From: an uncultured Pseudomonadales bacterium
Lineage (GTDB): Bacteria > Patescibacteriota > Microgenomatia > UBA1400 > PJMF01
Reading direction: 5' to 3'
NCBI GenBank assembly: GCA_964406075.1
Contig: CAYOQI010000002.1
Coordinates: 18,700-82,699, forward strand
Length of the DNA stretch: 64,000 bases
Position numbers and translations under genes: made by a program. The notes beneath the pieces were generated by a model. That model was not told where the DNA came from. It was given only the letters and a program-made list of their open reading frames with translations, and searched no databases. Below are positions 43,709 through 53,252 of the stretch, piece by piece (position 1 is the stretch's first letter; every line of letters starts with the position of its first letter).

Positions 43709-45799
43709 TTATAAAATAATTCGAGCGTCTAAAACTTTTATTCCTTCACCTTCATTTAAAACTAAGACTGGATTGAGATCAATTTCTGAAATCTGAGGAA
43801 AATCCGTCACGAGCTGAGAAACACGTAATACACACTCAAGCAATTTTGTTGCATCTTTTCCAACTTGCCCACGGACACCGGTTAACAACGGATAGGACTG
43901 CAATGACTCAATCATCGTTTGTGCGGTCTGCCGGGTAAGAGGGGCGAAACCCATTTGCACATCTTTAAACACTTCCACATAAATCCCTCCTAAACCTACT
44001 ACAACAACTGTACCTAAATCAGGAATTTTTCGAACACCCACAATCATTTCAGTGCCATTCATCTCCGCCATTTCCATAATCTGCACTCCATCAATTTTTG
44101 CCTCTGGTCGATTACTAGAAACGGTGGAAAGTAGATTGGTATACGAACTTTCAATATTGTCGGCTGAAATGTTTAGCAATACTCCGCCCGCATCACTTTT
44201 ATGTTCGATGTCAGGAGACACTATTTTCATGACCACGTTTTTCCCCAGTGACTGAGCAAATTGCTTCGCTTCTTCTGGACTGTGTACGACTTGCGATCGA
44301 AGGGTGTTAATTCCATATACTTGTAATACATCGGAAACTTTTTCAGCTGGAACTTTGGGTTGCCCACTCACTTCACTCATCAAAGTGTCAACATTTTCTT
44401 TATGAATATCTGTAAACAACTCAACATTCCCTACCAGTTTTTGTGAGGTCGAGACAAACTTTCCTAACACTGCTAAACATCGCGCAGCTAACTCAGGAAA
44501 AGCTGTCGTGTTGACTTTGGCGGCTTCCATTTTTAATATTCCTGGAAAAACCGTGTGCTGTCCCATAAAGGAAGCAACAATAGGTTTGTGCGAACGTTGT
44601 TTAAAATCTGCAATGACTTGGGCTGTAGCTTCAATCTCAGTCATACTTTGCGGTGTCAGCACCGCTAAGATTGCATCGGTTTCTGGATCTTTTTCTAAAA
44701 TTTCTAAAGTTTGTTGGTAATCTTGAGCTGAAGCGGCTCCCAGCATATCAACGGGATTATGAGTATTACTGGCAGGAGGAAGAAATGATTTAAGAGCATT
44801 CATAGTCTCTTCACTCAGTTGAGCTAATTCAAGACCATGCTTTGTAGCTTCATCGGTAGCGAGAACACCTGGTCCACCAGCGTTCGTCACAACAGCAATT
44901 TTCTCCACCGGAACAAGCGTGTTACGAGCAAACATATCCGCGTATTCAAACAACTCACGTACTGTCTGAGCTCGAACTACACCCGCCTGCGAAAATAACG
45001 CATCATAGACTCGATCCTCGGTACTTAGTGCACCGGTGTGGGAAGCAATAGCTTGTGCACCAGCAGTGGTTCGACCTGCTTTCAAAATGACAATTGGTTT
45101 TGGAGTAGTTGAATGGATAAGCGCTCCCGCATTTTTTATGAAACGCTGAGCATCTTTCAATTGTTCAACATATAAAGCAATTACTTTTGTTTCAGGATCA
45201 TCTAATAAAAATTCGAATAAATCATTTTCATCAATCACTGCTTTATTTCCTGTGCTTAAAAATTTTGAAAACCCCATTCGAAACTCCACAGCATAATCTA
45301 AAGCCGAGGTACACAACGCCCCACTTTGAGAAATGAATGCAATATTTCCTTGATCGGGCATCGCTGGAGCAAATGAGGCATTCATTTTGATAAACGGATT
45401 GATAACGCCTAAACAATTCGGACCAATGACCGCCATATCGTACTTCCGCGCGATTTGCGCAAGCTGCTCTTCAAGCTCGGTATTTCCAACTTCTTTAAAA
45501 CCTGCCGATAAAATAATTGCTCCGGGAATCTTTTTTTGACCAGCTTGTTCTAAAACTTGAGGAACGATTTGGGCGGGAACAGCCACCACCATCAAATCAA
45601 TTGGCTCAGTAATTTCAGTGAGATCATGAAAAACTTTTAAGTCATACAAAGAATCAATTTTCGGATTGACTGGAAAAATTTTTCCTTGATAACCTTGTTG
45701 AACGAGATTTTTGACCACATCATTACCAACCGACTTTTCTTGGCTGGATGCGCCGACAATTGCAATAGACTTGGGTGAAAAAATTGAGTGAAGATTCAT
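43709..45799 (-). CDS. Acetate--CoA ligase (ADP-forming), fused alpha/beta
   Basis: An N-terminal CoA-binding region (PKSIAIVGASSQEKSVGNDVVKNL), a succinyl-CoA-synthetase-like flavodoxin domain and a C-terminal ATP-grasp domain. Confidence 0.9.
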   Translation of the reverse strand: MNLHSIFSPKSIAIVGASSQEKSVGNDVVKNLVQQGYQGKIFPVNPKIDSLYDLKVFHDLTEITEPIDLMVVAVPAQIVPQVLEQAGQKKIPGAIILSAGFKEVGNTELEEQLAQIARKYDMAVIGPNCLGVINPFIKMNASFAPAMPDQGNIAFISQSGALCTSALDYAVEFRMGFSKFLSTGNKAVIDENDLFEFLLDDPETKVIALYVEQLKDAQRFIKNAGALIHSTTPKPIVILKAGRTTAGAQAIASHTGALSTEDRVYDALFSQAGVVRAQTVRELFEYADMFARNTLVPVEKIAVVTNAGGPGVLATDEATKHGLELAQLSEETMNALKSFLPPASNTHNPVDMLGAASAQDYQQTLEILEKDPETDAILAVLTPQSMTEIEATAQVIADFKQRSHKPIVASFMGQHTVFPGILKMEAAKVNTTAFPELAARCLAVLGKFVSTSQKLVGNVELFTDIHKENVDTLMSEVSGQPKVPAEKVSDVLQVYGINTLRSQVVHSPEEAKQFAQSLGKNVVMKIVSPDIEHKSDAGGVLLNISADNIESSYTNLLSTVSSNRPEAKIDGVQIMEMAEMNGTEMIVGVRKIPDLGTVVVVGLGGIYVEVFKDVQMGFAPLTRQTAQTMIESLQSYPLLTGVRGQVGKDATKLLECVLRVSQLVTDFPQISEIDLNPVLVLNEGEGIKVLDARIIL

Positions 45800-45863
45800 A
45801 GTTAATAATTATAGTATAGAGGGTAAAAACAGCTTGATCTACAAACACTTTATTTATATTAAT

Positions 45864-45989
45864 GTCATTCAGAACATTCTTGTGTACTCACAAGAAGTGA
45901 AGAATCCCGTAGTTTACGGAAAAAATTTAAATCAAATAAATAAACAACTTCAGTAAGCGACGGGATTCTTCGGATTACCTCAGAATGAC
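45864..45989. repeat. Intercistronic palindromic structured element, copy B
   Basis: Arms are GTCATTCAGAAC...GAAGAATCCCGT and ACGGGATTCTTC...CTCAGAATGAC. The internal hairpin at 45877-45896 differs in sequence from that of copy A but sits at the same position. Confidence 0.75.
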
Positions 45990-45993
45990 AGAT

Positions 45994-46929
45994 TTAATAA
46001 AACGCTAGCTCAAAATAGGATGTTGTGGGTTTCCCATATTTTCCGGAAATGTCATCTGCATTGGTGTGGTTGAGTATTTCAACTTTTTTTCCTAAAGAAT
46101 TCATAACTTCCAGAATAATCATCAAACTTTGAGGTGAATCGAGATAATCTGAGTTCAACGTAGAAATCAACTCAAAGTTATTTGTCAAAAAGGCCTGTTT
46201 AGTTACTTCATCTTTTTCGAGTGATTCTGCCACAGTCAGATAATGGGAAAAATCAATCGAAGCGACTACAACAGTGTTTTCATCTATCTCTTTTTTTAGA
46301 AAATCTGTAAACGCTTTCCTTTCATCATTCGATAGGTTTTTACGGAAAATAAAAGGTGTCACTTGGACTTCCGGTAAAAAATGTTTGATAAATGGAAGAA
46401 TGCCACCAACACCATGTTCTTTTTGCATGATTGTGTCATTTACAGAAATAAATGAGTATTCAAGCGATTTTTCTATTAAAATAGTGTCACTTCTAACAAC
46501 TCCTAATTTTGTTTCCCAATCTGCAATTGATGTCAGGACTGGAGTACTCCCCACTTCATAATGATTAGGACTGAGCAAAATTATTTTTTCTACCGGCTGA
46601 TCTTTCATTCGATGAAAAAAATCCGCAATCAGCGGACTTGCTAATAAATGATGTGGAATCACTCCACCATAGATTTTTCTGGAATCTTCAATTTGAGAAA
46701 GTTGATTGAGACTTTGATAAAAAGAATGTTCTTCAAAAAATAAAACTGGCAAGGTGAAACGTGACTCTTCTTCTTCACGAACGGTGCCTAAAATATCCGA
46801 AGTTTTGGCCTGAGGATCGGTCGTAGCTAATTCAGAGAATTCGTTTCCAGAATACTTGTATTGAAAACCAAAAATAATGAAAATACTGAAGACAGCTATT
46901 CCCAGGAGGATTTTAGGAATAATGTTCAT
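45994..46929 (-). CDS. Memo/AmmeMemoRadiSam-B-like protein with an N-terminal TM anchor
   Basis: GGVIPHHLLA, LLSPNH and IDFSHY resemble the Memo-family metal-site motifs. ATG 46929 lies 1 nt after the A2M stop. Confidence 0.5.
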   Translation of the reverse strand: MNIIPKILLGIAVFSIFIIFGFQYKYSGNEFSELATTDPQAKTSDILGTVREEEESRFTLPVLFFEEHSFYQSLNQLSQIEDSRKIYGGVIPHHLLASPLIADFFHRMKDQPVEKIILLSPNHYEVGSTPVLTSIADWETKLGVVRSDTILIEKSLEYSFISVNDTIMQKEHGVGGILPFIKHFLPEVQVTPFIFRKNLSNDERKAFTDFLKKEIDENTVVVASIDFSHYLTVAESLEKDEVTKQAFLTNNFELISTLNSDYLDSPQSLMIILEVMNSLGKKVEILNHTNADDISGKYGKPTTSYFELAFY

Positions 46930-46930
46930 G

Positions 46931-49900
46931 TTATGTCTGTAAATCTGGCGGTTTTGATTCAGGAATTTCTGAAATACTGCCAACAGAAGAATGTAAGGCT
47001 TTTAATCTGCGTCGACGACGAATCACAACCGCAATTCCTGCTAACAGTAATCCAATGGCAAGAATACCAAGTAAAACAAATGGGGAAGAAATTAGTGATC
47101 TGAGGAAGTTCCAGATTCGATCAGACCATCGTTCGAGAGCAAGAGCGGCAGCTTTACTCAAAATAATTTTGGGAGTTCCGGTCACGGTAATGGTATCTGA
47201 CTGTGAATATGCATAAATTTCTGGAGCGTACATCAGCTCAGCATGAGCGGGTGGAACGGCAAATGTACCAGCGGAAACAACCCGAGCTTTGTAGGTAAAG
47301 GTGTGAACCCCAGGTCGCAGTTCATACAACGAAATAATAACTCCATCTTCAGTAAATTCACGTTTATCAACACGATACTCATAACTTGGATTCATTTCAT
47401 TCGCCTGTTCGTTGTTGAATACGGTATTGATCGGGATGAGTCCAGCCGGTAAATGGTCATGAATCAGCGCATAGTTTTGATCGGTTTCAGTTCCATAAAT
47501 TTTTAATTTAACCGTTACCGTATCTCCCACTGACAAGGAATACTGTGCTCCTCGATCGGACTCATATTCTCGAGTAATTAGAATGCCATTTCCAAAAGGT
47601 TTGGTTAGATGAGCAGTACGAAACTCTTCTTGCACAAAAGTTGAATAGAGTTGACCTTGTCCATTTTGTTGAAGGGAAATCGTGGAACCGGATTCTTGTA
47701 TCTTATCTAAAGGAATAGGAACTGACGGACTCCAAGCTGTTGAAGCATCGACAGAACCTTGAGAAATTTGTTCACCATCTAAAGAAACAAGGTACGAGTA
47801 ATTTGGAGCAGATTCATTGCCAGTTTGAGCAAACTCACTCAATGACTTCATGACTTGAGCAGTAGCAAAAGTATTGGACCAATACACATTTTGTTGATTA
47901 CGAAGTAGGAATCTGACCGCTTGACTTGCGAGTGTTCGATCACCATTTCCTGCCAGAATCGCTCGCACTGCTAATGCAGTTGAGGTATTTGTTGAGCCAA
48001 ATCGACGTTGCGTCCCACCTTCCCAGAATACTCGATCCCCTTCCGTTTTTCGTTTATCCAACAAAATCTGTAATCCATTCGTTTGTGAATTACTGTCACC
48101 TCGCTTCACATTCGTTAAGACTGCATATGCCACCACATCAGCGGGTAATTGGTTTAAATCTGTAAGGCTCGTAACACTGCTAACACCTTGACCTAGTACC
48201 GTTAATGCATAATTTTTCATGATAAATTCTTCAGCCGAATCTCTCACTTCATTGCCTCTCACATAACTTGATGACGAAGTGAGGTAGTTCGTTGCCCTGT
48301 TTATCATTTCTTCAGGCACTTGATACCCTAACTCTTTTGCCGTAACTAATGATTCGATCACGTAGGCAGTCACAAATGCATCCGCAGTTTGATCATGCCC
48401 CCACCAATTCCATCCACCATTGCTCAATTGATGCTCACCAAGTTTACTGATTCCTTTTTTGACCATCTCATCCATCTCCTCGGACTGAAGAGCCGCAAAA
48501 TACTTCGGATATTTTTTTGCAATTAATACTGGCACCAAACGACTAGTTGTCTGCTCTACACAGCCATACGGGTAATCTACTAAGTACTTCATGGCATCAG
48601 GGAGCGAACCGACCAGGGTGGATGAGAGCAAAAGCTTCGCAGAAGATTTTTGCGGATCAGAATCGGAGTTGAAACGAACCTCATACTCTGTACTACCATC
48701 ACCGACCTGGGCACTACGTTGATAGTATCCAAATTTTCGCACCGGGATCTGAACGATGATTGAGTCAGCACGATCTGTCTGAGTTGTACTCTTGGCGGAA
48801 ATCGTTACTTCAGCTTTTTCTTCTTCTTTGGTGGCCAAAACATCCCAGAAAAGTTGTTGACTGGCTTGACCAGCAATTTCAACTTGTCGTTGAGCATCTT
48901 CTTGAATCTCACCACCTGTAAATCCGAAATCAACGTCAAAAGTCTGTGCTTCATCAGTAAAATTATGGATAACTGCGGAAAGTTCTATTTCATCTCCAAC
49001 TCGAATGATATTTGGGAGGATCGGTCGAACGACAATATCTTTTTGAACTGTTAACTCTGCTGTCGATTGTCCGACTTTTGTATCTGTCGTAGCCGCAACT
49101 CCAGCTACTACCCAAGTTGTTAAATTATCAGGCAGTGTAAATCGAATTTGAGCATATCCATTTGCATCAGTCCGAACAACCGGATTCCAATAGGCGACAT
49201 CTTCAAACTGTTTGCGAACATCACTTTTCTGATTATGTACCCACACACCATCTGCAAAAAATGTTTGATATTTTTCAACACTTAAGTTGTAAACAGTCAC
49301 TGGTTTACGCAACCATTCAATAGAATCAACTGTTACTTCCTGATCATTTGAACTACGTAATTGATCACCAATTTGAATCTGATCAGCGGTTTGCCATGCC
49401 CCATTGACCCACAAAATATGATTGGGAGTAATTTCTAAATTGCCATTAATAGATAAGTAGCCATCTTCCTGTTCTTCATGTGTATCAGTAACTTTGGCTT
49501 TGATTAACTCTGAACTATATTCATTTGCTCGGGTTAAAATCCAGTCGCCTTTTTTAACATCTTCAATACTCTTTGTTTTTCCATTCACCATCAAAATTTG
49601 AGTGTCAGCGGTAAAACACCCACCTCCACCTTCTGCATTAAATACATTTATCCCCTCCAAAGAATGAGCTTCTTCGGTATTTTCCCATCGTTCTATCCAA
49701 AACGTTTCAAAAATATTTTGAAGCTGGCTATCTGCCAACTCAAACAAGGCTTTATCCACACTCCAAACAGCCACTTCTGCTCCACCCACTGGATTACCTG
49801 CCTGATCTTTTGTATACACATCAATCACTGCTGTTTCTCCAGGACCGTAGGTTTTCTTTTCAGATTGAATGCCAACTTGAATCTTTTTTTGCTGAGCACT

Positions 49901-52114
49901 GACAGGTAAACGTACTGAAACTGAGTCAAAACCTCCATCTGAAAATCCACTAACACGAGCAAATATATTCGGCATGTCGTCAGCATCGAGGGGAATATTT
50001 ACCTCTGCATTTTTCCCCGAAAAAGATACCACTTGATACCGATCTACCCTTCCTCGTTGAATCGCTAATAACACATCAATATCTGGAATAGTTGAGGTCA
50101 AAGTTAATCTCGCACTTTCACCAGGTTGATACATTTCTTTGTCAGGATTTATGGAAAGGTACGAGGATTGACCGTCATTGTAGTACGGCACATCAAACTC
50201 ACTTATCCATGCACCAAATTCTTTTACCACAGGATTCCCTGTAGGATCTTTTACTTCGACTGAAAAACGATAGTAGCCAGTCTTATCCGGAGTAAAGGAA
50301 ACCGACGCTTGACCACTCTGATTGGTAGTGATTTTTTGTGACGGATAATCCGCTGTTTCTTGTCGATATTGAGGATACTTTTGGTTCGGATCAATATACG
50401 ACACCCAAGTTTCTCGCTTGATCTTCACTTCTACTTCAATATTCGCCACTGATTCTTGTTTTCGAGATCTCAACTCAAGTGGTAGGGTATAGAGTTCATT
50501 TATTTTTCCTTGATAACTTCCCGTTGGTTGTCGATAGATCGCTACTTTTCCGGCATACACAATAAAATTCTTTCGTGCCAAAACAGGATTTTGAGAGGCA
50601 TCCAAGAATGAAGCTTCCACTGTAATCACTTTTGATTTGCCATTCATTTCAAATTTTGATGTATCAAGTACTATTTCAGCTTCACCTTGTGTGTTGAGTG
50701 AAACGAAATCTTCTTTGAGTTTGTTCCCTCTTCCCCAATTTCCATAACGGTATTTATCATCTGGAAGCCACTGGTAGTCAGAGAAGTAATCATATTCATA
50801 AAAATCTGATGAATCGACGGTGTACTTCACTTCTTGACTCGACAATGGTTGACCAGAGAAAAATGCTCCTGATAGGTTCAACTTCATTTGATCACCACGA
50901 TGATACTCAAAACCCTCACCCTCTAATTCAAGAAAGTATTCTGGTTTTCTAAAATACTCGACTTGAAAACTTGCAGATCCATAGAAATTCGAGTAATCCC
51001 GATTTGCTTCAACTTGATCTGACAAAGCATCAATAATGACAGTGTAGTAACCAGGATTAATATCTGAAGGAAGTTGGAATTCACCATGCACTGATCCTTG
51101 ATCAGAAATAGGAAGGTTTTGATCAAAAACCGGATGTTGAAAATCCCAATCTTTAATAATACGAGTTCTGACTAATCCAGTAGGAATCGTATAGCGAGCG
51201 TCATCATCATCACGCAATACTGATTTGAAATAGAGTGTGTCACCAGGTTGATAGAGAGGGCGATCAGTGAATGTAAAGTACTTTACCTCCCGTTCTTTCG
51301 GACGAAAAATTCGATACGACACCGAGCCACTATTTAAGTATTTTAAATTAATTGGAATGACAGCGATGTGTCCACCACTTCTTAAGAGCGCAATATCTAC
51401 ATCCTTATTGATAGGCAATGTACCAATTCCTCGATCATCAAGCACTGTTGATCCAAGATCGGTGCGCTGATTTTTCAGTCCATACAGTGACACGGTACCG
51501 GAAGTTAATTTTCTTTTGGTTCTAAAATCCTGCCCCCAAAGGATAAATTGGTTATCTCCTTCTTTACTGAGTAATCCAATTGGTGACCGAATAATCATCA
51601 CATCTCGGACCAGATCCCCGGTACGAATTGTGAGATACCAAATACCAGATTCACTTAAAGGTAAGGAGATTTTCGATGCAGAATCATATCCGGATCCAAG
51701 AAATTGTTGAAAAGAAGTAACTTGAGTTAATACTGAGGTATCAATTTGACCACCACTTTGTTTCCCTTCATCATTATATTGGAGGTATTTAAGCAGAGTT
51801 TCTTCAGATGCTTGGAATAACGTAAATGTGGCATCTCCAGATACTTCCCAACTTCCTACTTCTATAGTCGGATCCGCAGTCGAAGCCAAAGTAATAAGAC
51901 CACCTCGGTTTTCTTGCTTCTGTATCATCATGCGAGGGGTACCACGAATGATTTGCTTCCATCCATAACTAAGACCAGCTTGAATACTTTGAGAAGAAAA
52001 AATCAATCCACCAATGACTAGGATGAAAAAACTAAGGGTGAAAAAAAGAAGTCGAGGTATTTTGACTTGGGGTAAAGCAAATAATTTTTTCTTTACTTTT
52101 CGAGCGTTACTCAT
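46931..52114 (-). CDS. Bacterial alpha-2-macroglobulin family protein (thioester-containing) with an inserted Hint domain
   Basis: An N-terminal TM anchor, repeated MG-like beta domains, the thioester motif YPYGCVEQ (CVEQ = 48551-48562) and a C-terminal TM helix. The preferred start is ATG 52114 (MSNARKVKKK), which overlaps the upstream stop. Confidence 0.88.
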   Translation of the reverse strand: MSNARKVKKKLFALPQVKIPRLLFFTLSFFILVIGGLIFSSQSIQAGLSYGWKQIIRGTPRMMIQKQENRGGLITLASTADPTIEVGSWEVSGDATFTLFQASEETLLKYLQYNDEGKQSGGQIDTSVLTQVTSFQQFLGSGYDSASKISLPLSESGIWYLTIRTGDLVRDVMIIRSPIGLLSKEGDNQFILWGQDFRTKRKLTSGTVSLYGLKNQRTDLGSTVLDDRGIGTLPINKDVDIALLRSGGHIAVIPINLKYLNSGSVSYRIFRPKEREVKYFTFTDRPLYQPGDTLYFKSVLRDDDDARYTIPTGLVRTRIIKDWDFQHPVFDQNLPISDQGSVHGEFQLPSDINPGYYTVIIDALSDQVEANRDYSNFYGSASFQVEYFRKPEYFLELEGEGFEYHRGDQMKLNLSGAFFSGQPLSSQEVKYTVDSSDFYEYDYFSDYQWLPDDKYRYGNWGRGNKLKEDFVSLNTQGEAEIVLDTSKFEMNGKSKVITVEASFLDASQNPVLARKNFIVYAGKVAIYRQPTGSYQGKINELYTLPLELRSRKQESVANIEVEVKIKRETWVSYIDPNQKYPQYRQETADYPSQKITTNQSGQASVSFTPDKTGYYRFSVEVKDPTGNPVVKEFGAWISEFDVPYYNDGQSSYLSINPDKEMYQPGESARLTLTSTIPDIDVLLAIQRGRVDRYQVVSFSGKNAEVNIPLDADDMPNIFARVSGFSDGGFDSVSVRLPVSAQQKKIQVGIQSEKKTYGPGETAVIDVYTKDQAGNPVGGAEVAVWSVDKALFELADSQLQNIFETFWIERWENTEEAHSLEGINVFNAEGGGGCFTADTQILMVNGKTKSIEDVKKGDWILTRANEYSSELIKAKVTDTHEEQEDGYLSINGNLEITPNHILWVNGAWQTADQIQIGDQLRSSNDQEVTVDSIEWLRKPVTVYNLSVEKYQTFFADGVWVHNQKSDVRKQFEDVAYWNPVVRTDANGYAQIRFTLPDNLTTWVVAGVAATTDTKVGQSTAELTVQKDIVVRPILPNIIRVGDEIELSAVIHNFTDEAQTFDVDFGFTGGEIQEDAQRQVEIAGQASQQLFWDVLATKEEEKAEVTISAKSTTQTDRADSIIVQIPVRKFGYYQRSAQVGDGSTEYEVRFNSDSDPQKSSAKLLLSSTLVGSLPDAMKYLVDYPYGCVEQTTSRLVPVLIAKKYPKYFAALQSEEMDEMVKKGISKLGEHQLSNGGWNWWGHDQTADAFVTAYVIESLVTAKELGYQVPEEMINRATNYLTSSSSYVRGNEVRDSAEEFIMKNYALTVLGQGVSSVTSLTDLNQLPADVVAYAVLTNVKRGDSNSQTNGLQILLDKRKTEGDRVFWEGGTQRRFGSTNTSTALAVRAILAGNGDRTLASQAVRFLLRNQQNVYWSNTFATAQVMKSLSEFAQTGNESAPNYSYLVSLDGEQISQGSVDASTAWSPSVPIPLDKIQESGSTISLQQNGQGQLYSTFVQEEFRTAHLTKPFGNGILITREYESDRGAQYSLSVGDTVTVKLKIYGTETDQNYALIHDHLPAGLIPINTVFNNEQANEMNPSYEYRVDKREFTEDGVIISLYELRPGVHTFTYKARVVSAGTFAVPPAHAELMYAPEIYAYSQSDTITVTGTPKIILSKAAALALERWSDRIWNFLRSLISSPFVLLGILAIGLLLAGIAVVIRRRRRLKALHSSVGSISEIPESKPPDLQT
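49232..49618 (-). other. Hint / bacterial intein-like (BIL) domain inside the A2M ORF (129 aa)
   Basis: It starts CFTADTQILMVNG, contains TPNH, and ends YQTFFADGVWVHN. The next residue is Gln. Confidence 0.8.
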
Positions 52115-52835
52115 TGGGAGCCACACCATAGATAACAATGGTTGTGCCTGGGTTAGATTCTGATGCAGCGATACTCTTTTTGCCTTCAGGAACGACCGGA
52201 TGTGCCCAGTCATAGAGAAGAGCTACTTCTTCAGTTTTCATATTGATACAACCATGCGACATGGGATGACCAAAATTGTCATGCCAATACGTACCATGAA
52301 TACCAAATCCACGTGTTTTAGGAATTTCCTCATTGTAGAAAAACATCGTGTACGGAACATTTGGAAGATAGTAATAGGTGCGATTGGCTTTCGACCCACC
52401 TTCCATCTTGGTATATCTCAGTTTTGTCCAAATTTTAAAAGTACCGGTCGGTGTTCTTCCCCACTTTCCTGATGAAATCAGGAAACTATAGATGAGTTGA
52501 TCCCCTTCAAAGGCGTATATTCTTTGTGCTCCCAAATCTACTTCAATGCGTTTATCAGCTCGAGGATCAATCGGTTCGGTCGTATCACCCAGAACCTGCG
52601 TAGAAGATTGATATTGTTCTGCAGGCACATCTACAAGTTTGCCCATGAACTCACCAGCTGTTTCTGTTCTATATTCACTTTGCAGACCATTTTCAAAAAT
52701 AGGATAAATAGGGAATCGAGAACGATTTTGAAGAGAGACAGAACTAAAAGCCAATGCTGAGGCTACCGCAAGAAAAATAGTCTGAATAATGTACTCACGT
52801 CTACGCATGTTTTTCCTTAAATTTGATTCACTCAT
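52107..52835 (-). CDS. L,D-transpeptidase (YkuD domain)
   Basis: HGTYWHDNFGHPMSHGCINM catalytic His/Cys motif and an N-terminal TM anchor. Confidence 0.88.
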   Translation of the reverse strand: MSESNLRKNMRRREYIIQTIFLAVASALAFSSVSLQNRSRFPIYPIFENGLQSEYRTETAGEFMGKLVDVPAEQYQSSTQVLGDTTEPIDPRADKRIEVDLGAQRIYAFEGDQLIYSFLISSGKWGRTPTGTFKIWTKLRYTKMEGGSKANRTYYYLPNVPYTMFFYNEEIPKTRGFGIHGTYWHDNFGHPMSHGCINMKTEEVALLYDWAHPVVPEGKKSIAASESNPGTTIVIYGVAPNE

Positions 52836-53252
52836 CCATGTAATATCTCAATTTATCAACTCTGTTTCACTCTTTCGCAGAAAAACTGCTCGAAAGCAGT
52901 CTCCATCAACACGATTCAAATATGTGTATCTTTCAGTATAGATCTACTTTAGGGTGGTTGTGAATAGGAACACATCCGGAAGGAATTGTAAGAAATAATT
53001 CTTCAACTCTACAAAGTTTTCCTCAAGTAAGTAAATCCCATAGTATTTGCTATTTCAGCTTAATACTGTTATACTGAGCAGGTAGGTTTTCTCGATTACC
53101 GAGAAAAATTTGCTCTTTTACATAAAGTAAAGACGCATCCCTGTCAATTACTGAGCATCGATCTCCATCGGTCTTGAGTAATTGGCAGGGATTTTGCTTT
53201 CTGCAGATCTCATCCAAGAAACTATTCGAATTCAAAAAAAAGGAAACGAGAA

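Noticed and set aside
49232-49618. Calling the A2M insert a canonical self-splicing mini-intein
   Set aside because: All Hint motifs are present, but the +1 residue is Gln and not Cys/Ser/Thr. Canonical splicing chemistry is therefore not expected. It is reported as a BIL-like autoprocessing domain instead.
53050-53235. A 61-aa minus-strand ORF in the 52836-53252 gap
   Set aside because: It has no recognisable RBS and overlaps two strong hairpins. It is kept only as a caveat in the hairpin finding.
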